From: Trueperaceae bacterium
GTDB taxonomy: Bacteria > Deinococcota > Deinococci > Deinococcales > Trueperaceae
Reading direction: 5' to 3'
DNA: 64,000 nucleotides
Assembly: GCA_034521815.1 (NCBI GenBank)
Contig: JAXHLW010000013.1
Location: 1,568,001-1,632,000 of the forward strand
The position numbers and the translations under genes are program-made. The notes beneath the pieces were generated by a model, which saw only the letters and a list, made by a program, of their open reading frames with translations, did no database searches and was not told the origin of the DNA. Every line of letters begins with the position of its first letter. Positions within the stretch are counted from its first letter, which is position 1. This document shows, piece by piece, positions 1-8,261 of this stretch.

Positions 1-705
1 TTCGGAGGACGCCCGGATGCCGGCCGTCAGCTCCTGGTGCAGCTCACGCATCGCGCCGTCCGGCTCGATGCCCATCTCGGCGTTCAGTTCGCGCGCGTAC
101 GTCGCGTACAGTCGCTGCACCGCGTCGATGCGGCCGGCGGCCGCCAGGCTCCGCATGCCGCACCGCACGGCGCGCTCGTCCAGCGGATCGGTGTCGAGGA
201 GCGCGAGGGACAGCTCGGCCGCCGCTTCGGGATCGACCCGCTCGAGCCGGTCGCACTCGGCGATTCCCGCGTCGACGAGCCGCGTGCGGAGCTGTGCGCG
301 CTCGTGCTCGAGCCAGCGGGCGAACTCCGGGGGTGCACCGACGTCGAGCCCCTCGAGGAGCGAGCCTCGATACAGCTTCAACGCTGTCGCGACGTCTCGT
401 ACGCGCAACGCGTCGCGCCAAGCGCGCAGATCGGAGTCCACCCGCCAACGGAACCGGTCGCCCTCCGTCTCGATGCCACGCAAGCTGTGCCGTGCCCGGT
501 GAAGGAGCTTGCGCAGGTTCCGGCGCCCGACGGCGTCCACACGGTCGGGCCAGAACAGGAAGATCACCTCGTCGCGCGCCACCCACTCCGCCCGGGCCGC
601 CAGGTACGCGACGAACCGGTGCAGGTGACTGGCGACCAGGAACCTGCGCCGTCCATCCTGGCGCAGGTCCGGGCGGCCGAACAGCCGCACGGCATCAGGG
701 GGCAT
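1..705 (-). CDS. SARP/BTAD-family transcriptional activator, runs off the left edge (not in ORF track)
   Basis: Manual translation MPPDAVRLFGRPDL...RDEVIFLFWPD...GRRNLRKLLHR...LYRGSLLEG...DPLDERAVRCGMRSLAAAG...ELNAEMGIEP matches wHTH + BTAD pattern; TACAAT 5 nt before the ATG. Confidence 0.85.
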   Translation of the reverse strand, partial: MPPDAVRLFGRPDLRQDGRRRFLVASHLHRFVAYLAARAEWVARDEVIFLFWPDRVDAVGRRNLRKLLHRARHSLRGIETEGDRFRWRVDSDLRAWRDALRVRDVATALKLYRGSLLEGLDVGAPPEFARWLEHERAQLRTRLVDAGIAECDRLERVDPEAAAELSLALLDTDPLDERAVRCGMRSLAAAGRIDAVQRLYATYARELNAEMGIEPDGAMRELHQELTAGIRASSE

Positions 706-814
706 GGAGCATTGTAGGCCCAGATCCCGGCCGGGGACCGTCCAACCGCCGTTGGAGCGCCCTGGCCGGCGTTCACGCCGCCCCCGCCCTATCGCGACTG
801 CAGCGTCCCCGCCG

Positions 815-1354
815 TCACGCCTCCACCTTCACGCTCGTTGCGGGACGCGCTACGAGCGTGGCAGCGATCTCACGAGCCCACGCCGCGATCGTCGAGGGAT
901 CGCGGTAGTCGCCCACGGGCGCCTTGACCGCGCGGACGACCCAGCGCTCGAACAGGCCCAGCTCCTCAGGGTCCAGCTTTCCGTGGAACAGCCGCACGTC
1001 GCGCGGCGCGATGCGCTCGATCGTGGCCTGCAGGGGCTTGGGGTAGGTCCAGCCGTCGGTGAGCTCCACCGGATCGCCCTCGTCGGTCGGTCCGCTCGAA
1101 AAGATCCAGGTATCGCGCCCGGCGAGCAGATCGGCGTAGCGGGTCACGAATCGGCTCGCTTCGCGGCGCCAACGCCCCATGTACACCGCGCTACCCAGCA
1201 CGACGGCGGAGTACGGCGCCATCTCCGTCACCTCTCCCACCGGCGCGACGTGAACGGGTAGGCCGGCGTCGGCCAGGACCGCTCCGATCTGTTCTGCGAT
1301 CTCGGCGGTCGACCCGTGCTTGCTCGCGTACGCGACGAGCACCTGGCCGATCAT
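815..1354 (-). CDS. Flavodoxin-domain protein (HemG-like, menaquinone-dependent protoporphyrinogen oxidase family)
   Basis: VLVAYASKHGSTAEIAE, VVLGSAVYMGRW, FHGKLD, GDYRD motifs; ATG at 1354. Confidence 0.85.
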   Translation of the reverse strand: MIGQVLVAYASKHGSTAEIAEQIGAVLADAGLPVHVAPVGEVTEMAPYSAVVLGSAVYMGRWRREASRFVTRYADLLAGRDTWIFSSGPTDEGDPVELTDGWTYPKPLQATIERIAPRDVRLFHGKLDPEELGLFERWVVRAVKAPVGDYRDPSTIAAWAREIAATLVARPATSVKVEA

Positions 1355-1502
1355 GGCGTGGCACCGCTCGGAAAGAAGACCGTCATCTCGAACCTCGCTA
1401 TCGGACCCGTGTCGGGTCGATCCGTCGCATTTTCGCCTGCATCTCGCCAGCCCATGGCCCGCACCCCGCCCGTCAGGATAGGTGAAAGCGACGCGCCCGC
1501 CC

Positions 1503-1516
1503 AGGGCGTTCGTCCT
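1503..1516 (-). promoter_or_regulatory. Putative activator box AGGAC-GAAC-GCCCT upstream of the flavodoxin gene
   Basis: 22 nt upstream of TATCCT (1475-1480, minus strand); similar box and spacing recur at four other promoters. Confidence 0.55.
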
Positions 1517-1879
1517 TTGAATCGACGATGAGCGTGGCGCGCTCGAGATCCGGCGCACGACGCGTGGCGCGCGGTGCGGTGCTGGCGCGACGGTCGCTGC
1601 GCGCCGAAGTTCCGGCTCGCGCGCCGACGTGCGCGCGTCTTCAGCGGCCTGCTGGCGCACGCCGGTCGTGCGCTGACCTGCGTCGACTGGCGTCCTGCGG
1701 CGTTGCTCGCATTGTCGCGGGACTACGATGCGCGGCGTCGCGACTCGGGATGACGACGATGGCTGCTCGAGCACGATTCGCCAGCCCGGCCTGGTCACGA
1801 TCGCGGCATGGGTCGGACCGCGGCGGTCCGAGCCGCTCGCACGCTTCGCTTGCTGGCCTCGTCGCTCCGCGCCGCGCCT

Positions 1880-2620
1880 CGTCGACGTGCGGTGTGCTGC
1901 GGTCCGTGCTGTCCGGTGAGGCGAGCGACGACGGCGCATCGGTCGCGACCGGGCGTCGGTCGACCGCTGACCGATCGCGCGCGCTGGACACGGGCTTGCC
2001 GCGACCCGTCGACCCCTGGCGTGGCGACGCGCTCGTGCATGGCGGATCGCCGAGGCGGCGTCGCGACCTGTTCGACGCGTTCGACGACCATGGTCGGCGT
2101 CCGTCGACCGCGCTGCTGCAGCGCGTGCGCGCGATGCGACGTCGCCGTGCTCGAGGCTGGCCGCACGCGCGCAAGCGACGGTGCGCTGGCTTGGACGTCC
2201 CCGGCACTTGCAGTGAAGCGGACGCGCGCGCCATCGCCACCGATGACGATCTGCCGGTCGGTTCTCGGCCGTGGCTGGACGAGCGCCGACCAGTCGTGCG
2301 CCTACGTCGCAGGAGCGTCGAGACGCTGGACGAGGCGCAGGAGGCCGAGCTCGAGCAGTCTGTCCGCACGCTGCGACTGCGACCGGGCCGCAAGCTGCTG
2401 GACGTCGGCTGCCGCTCGCGCGCTCGGCGCTGACGGATGCGTCCGCGCCGAGACGTTCGGTACCCGGCGATCGGGTGCCGGCGAACGCGCCCAGGCCGTC
2501 GCCGTCGGACGGGTTTCTGTCGAGCGATCGTGATCGGCGTGTCGCGTGCAGGTCGCGATCACGTTCGGCAGTCGAGCACGTCGGGCGCAGCCGCGTACGA
2601 ATCGCTCCCGTCCGTCGACC
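1880..2620 (+). pseudogene. cfa: Degraded cyclopropane-fatty-acyl-phospholipid synthase remnant (boundaries approximate)
   Basis: Fragments in different frames: DARAIA-xx-DLPV..WLDER, SCAY, ETLDEAQEAELE..LRLRPGRKLLDVGC, VEHVGRSR. Confidence 0.65.
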
Positions 2621-2981
2621 ACATGCATCGCTTGGGCGGCTGGCGATGCGCCTTTCCGCAGGCCTGTGTCGCGGTATCGAACGCGCGGCGTGCGTGCAGC
2701 CAGCAGGTTCGCCGCACGAGAACCCGCTGCGAGGATCGCCGACCGACCGCGATCACGATCCGTGCAGCTCGAAGCGGTAGGTCGTTCGCGACGTCGACGA
2801 TCTGCCGACTACGTGGCGCATGATCCGGCTCCTGTCGTGGCACTTCGGAAGGTGTGCGTTGGCGCAGGCTGGCGCGCCGCTGGCGGACATGGAGGCGTAG
2901 TCGACCGTTCCCTCACGGCAGCTCAGTGACAGGTGGACCATGCGGCCCAAGAACATGGCGGCGGACGCCGACCGCGTACGC

Positions 2982-4418
2982 CTAGCGCGACGCTCGAACG
3001 GCCGGTCCCAAGACGGCGTTCGCGACCACCTCGGCGTCGTCCACCAGCTTCCCGACCGCGATGCCGCGGTAGGCGTTCCCCGCTAGATGGACGCCGGGCA
3101 GATCGCGCAGGCGCGTTTCGATCCGGTCCAGACGAGCTTGGTGACCCATCACGTACTGCGGGATCCCGCGGTCCTGCCGACCGACCCAGGAGCGGACCGG
3201 CTCCCCCTCCGGTCCGTCGACCAGGCCCCAGGCGCGGTCGATGGCCGTTCGCGCGATGCGCGCCATCTCGGCGTCGCTCAGCTCGTCGATGGCCGGGCCG
3301 GCGACGCCGCCCACGATGACGCGGACCAGCACGGTCCCGGGCGGCGCACGGTGAGGAAACACGTTCGATTCGATCAGCACGCCCAGGACGTCCAGCTCCT
3401 CGCCCGGGGCGACCAGGAACCCGAACCCGTCGGGCGGCGTCCTGAACGCCTCGGCCGCGAAGCCCATCGCCACCATGCCGATCGCGCCGGACGGGATGCC
3501 CGACAGCTCGCGGGCCGCCTCGGCGTCGGTCGACGCCAGCAGCTCGGACGCGGGGCGCGGGGGAATCGCGAGGACGACGGTGTCGAACCGCCGGGATGTC
3601 CCGCCTGGACCCGTGAGCAGGTACCGCCCGCCCGCCGGATCGACGGCAAGCCCCAGCGCCGGCGTCGAGGTGTGGACAGCGTCGCCGAGGTCCGCAGCCA
3701 AGGCGTCGACGATCACGTTCATCCCGCCGTGGAAGCTCCAGGTCGTCTTGCGCTCCTGCATCCGCTCGCGGGTCCCCGCGATGCCGGCCACCACCAGCGA
3801 GCGGTGGTCGCGCTCCATCTCGCGCATCACCGGGAACGCCGCGTCGACCGACAGCTCGTGCGCATCGCCGCCGTACACGCCGCGCACCATCGTCCCCAGC
3901 AGGATCTCGGCCGCCTCGGGCCCGATGTGGCGCGCGGCGTAGTCGAACACCGTCTCCTCGTGATCCACGCGCTGGGCCAGGAACGGCTCGGCCAAAATGC
4001 GGAACCGGCCCTCGACGCTGAGCGGCTCGAACTCCAGCAGCGAGATCGGACCGCTGGGCATCAGGTGGAGGCGGCCGCCGTGGAACACGTAGCGCCGGTT
4101 GGCGGCGGGATTCGCGTGCACCTGCTCCTCCTCGAGGCCCAGGCGTGCGACCAGGTCGGCGGTCGGACCGACGCCGGACCGGAACGCGTTCGCGGCCCAC
4201 TCGATCAGGAAGCCGTCCTGGGCCACCGTCCGAAGCTGACCCCCGGGACGGTCGGCGGCCTCCCAGACCTCGAGCTCCAGCGCCTCGCCTCGCTCCTCGG
4301 CGTGCCGCCGGATCGCGTGGGCCGCCGTCAGCCCGCCGAGTCCGGCGCCCACCACCGCCACGCGGCGTGGCGAGGCGCCCAGCGGCGGCCTGGGTCGTGC
4401 GGTCGGCTCTTCGTTCAT
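2982..4418 (-). CDS. hemY: FAD-dependent protoporphyrinogen/coproporphyrinogen oxidase (HemY family), copy 1
   Basis: VAVVGAGLGGL, GGQLRT, GFGFLV, GIPQY, LAGNAYRGIAV motifs. Confidence 0.9.
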   Translation of the reverse strand: MNEEPTARPRPPLGASPRRVAVVGAGLGGLTAAHAIRRHAEERGEALELEVWEAADRPGGQLRTVAQDGFLIEWAANAFRSGVGPTADLVARLGLEEEQVHANPAANRRYVFHGGRLHLMPSGPISLLEFEPLSVEGRFRILAEPFLAQRVDHEETVFDYAARHIGPEAAEILLGTMVRGVYGGDAHELSVDAAFPVMREMERDHRSLVVAGIAGTRERMQERKTTWSFHGGMNVIVDALAADLGDAVHTSTPALGLAVDPAGGRYLLTGPGGTSRRFDTVVLAIPPRPASELLASTDAEAARELSGIPSGAIGMVAMGFAAEAFRTPPDGFGFLVAPGEELDVLGVLIESNVFPHRAPPGTVLVRVIVGGVAGPAIDELSDAEMARIARTAIDRAWGLVDGPEGEPVRSWVGRQDRGIPQYVMGHQARLDRIETRLRDLPGVHLAGNAYRGIAVGKLVDDAEVVANAVLGPAVRASR

Positions 4419-4437
4419 GGGGACTCCCGTCCGCGCG

Positions 4438-4488
4438 CTTCGGATGAAGAGCGTCTTCAGATGAACAGCGCCTTCAGATGAACAGCGT
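4438..4488. repeat. 17-bp tandem repeat x3 duplicating the 3' end and stop codon of the dsrE-like gene
   Basis: cttcggatgaagagcgt / cttcagatgaacagcgc / cttcagatgaacagcgt. Confidence 0.85.
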
Positions 4489-4971
4489 CTGCGCTCCCTC
4501 GGAGATGTCGAGGAACTCCGTCGCGCTGATGATCCCCTCGACCCCCTCGTACAGGTCGTCCTGGGTCAGCTTGTTCATGTCGGCCGACATGCGGCACGCC
4601 CACAGGTGGCCGCCGGCCTCGGTGATCATCTCCAGGAACTCGGGCACCGCCGGTACGTCCAGCTCGGCGATCTGCCGGCGCATCATGCGGGTGGCGACGC
4701 CTTGCATGCCGGGCAGCCCGGAGACGGCGGTCGGCATGTGCGTGGCGGGGTTCGCGACCGGCGTGAACTGGAGGTGCGCCATCGTCTTCTTGTTGATGAT
4801 CTCGTAGCCCCAGAAGGTGAAGAACAGGTGCGTCTCGATCCCCTCGCCCAGCGCGGCGTTGGCCAGGATCAGCCCCGGGTAGGCCATGTCCAGCGAGCCT
4901 TTCGAGCAGATGATGCACAGCTTGCGGTCGGGACCGTCGTCGAAGGTGGGCACGGGGCGCGGCGTGGTCAT
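4474..4971 (-). CDS. DsrE/DsrF/DrsH-like sulfurtransferase (DsrE2-type)
   Basis: IICSKGSLDMAYPGLILA, LFFTFWG, LWACRMSADM. Confidence 0.9.
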   Translation of the reverse strand: MTTPRPVPTFDDGPDRKLCIICSKGSLDMAYPGLILANAALGEGIETHLFFTFWGYEIINKKTMAHLQFTPVANPATHMPTAVSGLPGMQGVATRMMRRQIAELDVPAVPEFLEMITEAGGHLWACRMSADMNKLTQDDLYEGVEGIISATEFLDISEGAQTLFI

Positions 4972-4988
4972 GCGGATCTCCTAAGGCG

Positions 4989-5300
4989 TCATACGCAGCC
5001 GACGGGCTTGGGCACGCCGGCGACGTAGGCGATCTTCTTCGCGGGCTTCTTCGGGAACAGCACGAACAGGCGCTTCAGCGGGACGCCACCGGTGGTCGAG
5101 ATGCGCCGCAGCGTGGGGGTCACGCCTTCGGCGGCATAGTCGTCGCGGACGAAGCGGATCACCTCGAGGTGCTCCTCGCTCAGCGCGACGCCGATGTCGG
5201 CCGCGAGCTCGGCGGCGACGGCCTCGTCCCAGTCGCCGTACTCGGTCAGGAACCCCTCGTCGTTCACGTGCACGGTCCGTCCGGCGATGGTGGCCAGCAT
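4989..5300 (-). CDS. TusE/DsrC/DsvC-family sulfur relay protein (single C-terminal Cys)
   Basis: VNDEGFL..W, LFPKKPAKKIAYVAGVPKPVGCV C-terminus. Confidence 0.9.
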   Translation of the reverse strand: MLATIAGRTVHVNDEGFLTEYGDWDEAVAAELAADIGVALSEEHLEVIRFVRDDYAAEGVTPTLRRISTTGGVPLKRLFVLFPKKPAKKIAYVAGVPKPVGCV

Positions 5301-5330
5301 CGTGCGGTCCTTTCTCATGCGCGCGCAGCG

Positions 5331-5657
5331 TCAGCGCATGCCCCTGATCGTCTTGAGCAGCAGCAGGACGTTGTCGCCGATCATGGTGACGCCCTCCCGG
5401 TCGAAGTCCTGCACGATGCGGTCGACCACCTCGGCGCTGGCGCCGAGCACCTCGCCGTAGCCGCGACCCTGCAGGCTGTCCAGCTTCGTCGTCGCGCCGT
5501 TCATGGCCTGCCTGAGCAGCGGCGTCATGTCGCGTGCGAACTCGTCGATGGCTTCCCAACGCTCGCGCGAACGACGGCTCTCGGCGGCGATCTCGGCCAG
5601 CTGCGTCTCCATCCGTGCGAGCTGGGCCTGCAGCGCTGCGACGTCCGGGGCGCTCAC
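5331..5657 (-). CDS. Short DUF1641-like SQR partner protein (appears C-terminally shortened)
   Basis: GTGA overlap with the sqr stop; coiled coil then D-x-TPLLRQA...LDSLQGRGY...IGDNVLLLLKTIR, as in proteins found between sqr and tusE. Confidence 0.6.
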   Translation of the reverse strand: MSAPDVAALQAQLARMETQLAEIAAESRRSRERWEAIDEFARDMTPLLRQAMNGATTKLDSLQGRGYGEVLGASAEVVDRIVQDFDREGVTMIGDNVLLLLKTIRGMR

Positions 5658-6922
5658 CGGGACGCCTCCTGCGGCTCGCGCGTCTCCGCCGTCTCGCGGA
5701 CCTTGCCGGCCAGCGTCATCTCGGGGGCCAGGGGAACCTCGCGGCCGCGGAGCAACAGGTGCCAGTACGTCCACTTGAACATCATCTTTCCGGCATGGTT
5801 CATGGCCGTCTCCTCGAGGAGCGCGAAGGGGCCGACGCCGGGCAGCGGGTAACGGCCGGGCAGCGGTTGCGTCGCGTAGTTGTAGTCCAGCAGCAGCGCC
5901 TTGCCGTTCCCGGACTCGACGAAACAGCTCACGTGTCCGTCGTAGGCGTGCGGCATCGGCCGGCCCGCAGCGTGCTCGACGAAGTTCTCGGCGAACACGT
6001 CGACCGAGAAGTGGACGCCCGATCCGGCCTTGGCGATCGGCAGGGCGGCAGCGTCTCCCAGGGCGAAGACGTTGGGCCAGCGCCGTGATTGCAGCGTGCC
6101 GGGATCGACCGGGACGTGGTTCAGCTCGTCCCCCAGTCCGCTGCGGCCGACGGCGTCGGCTCCCATGTTCACCGGCACGGTGACCAGCAGATCGAACGGA
6201 ATCTCGCGCTCGTCGTACGAGATCAGGGTCTTGGCGGCATCGTCGATGCGCTCGACCACGAAGTCGGTCTGGACCGTGATGCCACGGCTGCTCAGCATGC
6301 CGGCCAGGCGCTGGGCAGCGACCGGCGTGGTGAACGCGGCGTCGAGCGGCGTGACGTACACCAGCTCGACCTGGTCGCGCACGCCCGCCTCCCGAAAGTG
6401 CGCGTCCGCGAGGAACAGCAGCTCCAGCGGTGCGACGGGGCACTTGATCGGCATCTCGGCGACGTGGACGACGAACCGTCCGGCCTGGAACCCGGTCAGC
6501 GCCTCGGCCAGGGCCTCGGCGCCCTCGAGCGTGTAGAACTCGTGAACGCTGTCGCGCCACTCGGGGCCCAGCATGCCGGGCGTCTGGTCGGGTCGGGGCT
6601 GCGTGCCGGTCGCGATGACCAGCTGGTCGTACGGCAGCTCGGTGCCGTCCTCGAGCGTGACCGAGCTGGCCTCGGGGTCGATCGCGTAGGTCTCGCCGAG
6701 CAGCAGGTCGACACCGCTGGGCAGGAAGCGCGCCCGAGGTCTGACGACGTCGTCGCGCCGATACGCGCCGAACGGGATGAACAGGTAGCCGGGCTGGTAG
6801 TGGTGCTCATCGTCCTTGTCGACCAGGGTGATGCGCCATTCGGAGGACGGCAGCCGGGGTCGGAGCTTGTTCGCGACCATCGTTCCCGCGCTGCCGGCGC
6901 CGAGCACGAGCAGATGCTTCAT
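5654..6922 (-). CDS. sqr: Sulfide:quinone oxidoreductase (type III/SqrC-like)
   Basis: LVLGAGSAG, HHYQPGYLFIPFG, IKCPVAPLE, FALGDAA, SCFVESG; strong SD GAGGAGG. Confidence 0.88.
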   Translation of the reverse strand: MKHLLVLGAGSAGTMVANKLRPRLPSSEWRITLVDKDDEHHYQPGYLFIPFGAYRRDDVVRPRARFLPSGVDLLLGETYAIDPEASSVTLEDGTELPYDQLVIATGTQPRPDQTPGMLGPEWRDSVHEFYTLEGAEALAEALTGFQAGRFVVHVAEMPIKCPVAPLELLFLADAHFREAGVRDQVELVYVTPLDAAFTTPVAAQRLAGMLSSRGITVQTDFVVERIDDAAKTLISYDEREIPFDLLVTVPVNMGADAVGRSGLGDELNHVPVDPGTLQSRRWPNVFALGDAAALPIAKAGSGVHFSVDVFAENFVEHAAGRPMPHAYDGHVSCFVESGNGKALLLDYNYATQPLPGRYPLPGVGPFALLEETAMNHAGKMMFKWTYWHLLLRGREVPLAPEMTLAGKVRETAETREPQEASR

Positions 6923-6994
6923 CGGGTCCTCCTCGCGTGCCGCGCGGCTCGTGCGACACGAACAGACGATGACGCACCGCGGTGAAGGCTGAAA

Positions 6995-7008
6995 GGGTGG
7001 AACGTCCC
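6995..7008 (-). promoter_or_regulatory. Putative activator box GGGAC-GTTC-CACCC upstream of the sqr operon
   Basis: 23 nt upstream of CATCGT (-10-like, 6966-6971 minus strand). Confidence 0.5.
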
Positions 7009-7036
7009 CGACGGAAACACGGCTCGCGCCGCTGGA

Positions 7037-7528
7037 TCAGTACCGCAGGCTGCGCACCTCGTACGTGACCGTCCGCTCCCCCAGAGGCACGCGCACGCTG
7101 TCGCCCACGCGAAGCCCCAGCAGACGCCGCCCCAACGGCGATGCGTCGCTGATCCGCATCACGTCGTCCGCCACGATGGCCGCGTCGAGGGTCTCGACCA
7201 CCTGCAGCGTCGTCTCTTCGTCGGCGTCCACCTCGGCGTTCACCTCGGCGTTCACCTCGGCCACCGTCACGACCGCACCGACCTCGACCGTGGACGAGGT
7301 CCGACCTGGAGGCAGGACGTGTGCGTCGTCCAGCGTCTCCTCCAACCGGTCGACACGGTCAGTCAGCCTCGCTTTTTCGAGCCGCGCGTCGCGCAGCGTG
7401 ATCGCATCGGTGTCGCACGTGCACGCCATCTGCTCGCGAAGGAACGCGTCCACGTCCGACAGACGCTTGCGCGCGTGACCGAGCTCCCGCTCGAGGCGAT
7501 CACGGCCCTCCGTCGTCAATCGCACCAT
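7037..7528 (-). CDS. GreA/GreB-family factor, Gfh1-like
   Basis: VRLTTEGRDRL, EKARL..RVDRLEE, VEVGAVV, MRISDASPLGRRLLGLRVGD; lacks the GDLSENAEY motif of GreA. Confidence 0.8.
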   Translation of the reverse strand: MVRLTTEGRDRLERELGHARKRLSDVDAFLREQMACTCDTDAITLRDARLEKARLTDRVDRLEETLDDAHVLPPGRTSSTVEVGAVVTVAEVNAEVNAEVDADEETTLQVVETLDAAIVADDVMRISDASPLGRRLLGLRVGDSVRVPLGERTVTYEVRSLRY

Positions 7529-7761
7529 CGTCGCTCCCTCCGCGCGGCATCCGCTGGTTTTCCATGCCGTGCCGAACCGTGCGCGAGCGCCAGCGCCCGC
7601 GCGGGCAGTGTAGGGTCCTTTCGGCGCCCTGAACGTCGGCGTTGGTACGGTACCCAGCGGAAAGATTGCTACCCTCATCGAATGAGCGTCGTTCACGACG
7701 CATCGTGAGTTCGGTCGCGGCATGGTGCCGACACCGCCGAACCGAAAGAATGGAGACCGTC

Positions 7762-8229
7762 ATGCGTACGATCGCGAACCTGATCTTCGCTACCGCTCTG
7801 CTCGCGTCGACGACGGCGCTGGCACAGTCCAGCGGCGAGTCCACCTACCAAGCCAACTGCGTCGCGTGTCACCAAGCGACCGGGCAGGGCATTCCCGGGG
7901 CGTTCCCGCCGCTGGCCGGGCACGTACCCGAGCTGCTCGCGCGGGACGGTGGACGCACGTACCTCGTCCACACGCTTCTGTACGGGCTGCAAGGGTCGAT
8001 CACGGTCGGTGGGCAGACCTACAACGGCGTGATGCCGGCGTGGCAGCATCTGGACGACGCTCAGCTCGCGGACGTCCTCACCTACATCTCGACGGCGTGG
8101 GAAAACGAGGCGGAGCTGCCCGAGGGCTTCGAGCCGTTCACCGCGGAAGAGGTCTCGGCCGAGCGCGACCTGGGGATCACCGGCGGCGACGTGCTCGAAG
8201 AGCGGACCGGGCTGCTGGCGACCGAGTAG
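7762..8229 (+). CDS. Monoheme cytochrome c552-like periplasmic protein
   Basis: Signal peptide, CVACH, GQGIPGAFPPLAGH, YNGVM axial Met; resembles Thermus c552. Confidence 0.9.
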   Translation: MRTIANLIFATALLASTTALAQSSGESTYQANCVACHQATGQGIPGAFPPLAGHVPELLARDGGRTYLVHTLLYGLQGSITVGGQTYNGVMPAWQHLDDAQLADVLTYISTAWENEAELPEGFEPFTAEEVSAERDLGITGGDVLEERTGLLATE

Positions 8230-8261
8230 CGCTGTGGCTGGTCCCGCGTGCGGCCGCACCG

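Noticed and set aside
1355-1470. Riboswitch in the long leaders of the flavodoxin or hydrogenase genes
   Set aside because: Small hairpins are present, but I recognise no conserved aptamer motif; an Rfam cmscan would be needed.
4438-4488. Short repeats as a possible CRISPR array
   Set aside because: Units are 14-17 bp, directly tandem with no unique spacers, and no cas genes are present.
4474-5300. Dissimilatory sulfite reduction (Dsr) pathway
   Set aside because: The DsrC-like protein has only one C-terminal Cys, and there is no dsrAB or dsrMKJOP in the window.
7610-7650. Possible regulon box between the Gfh-like gene and c552, and a half-site near 734-747
   Set aside because: Poor match or wrong spacing to a -10 element; not counted.
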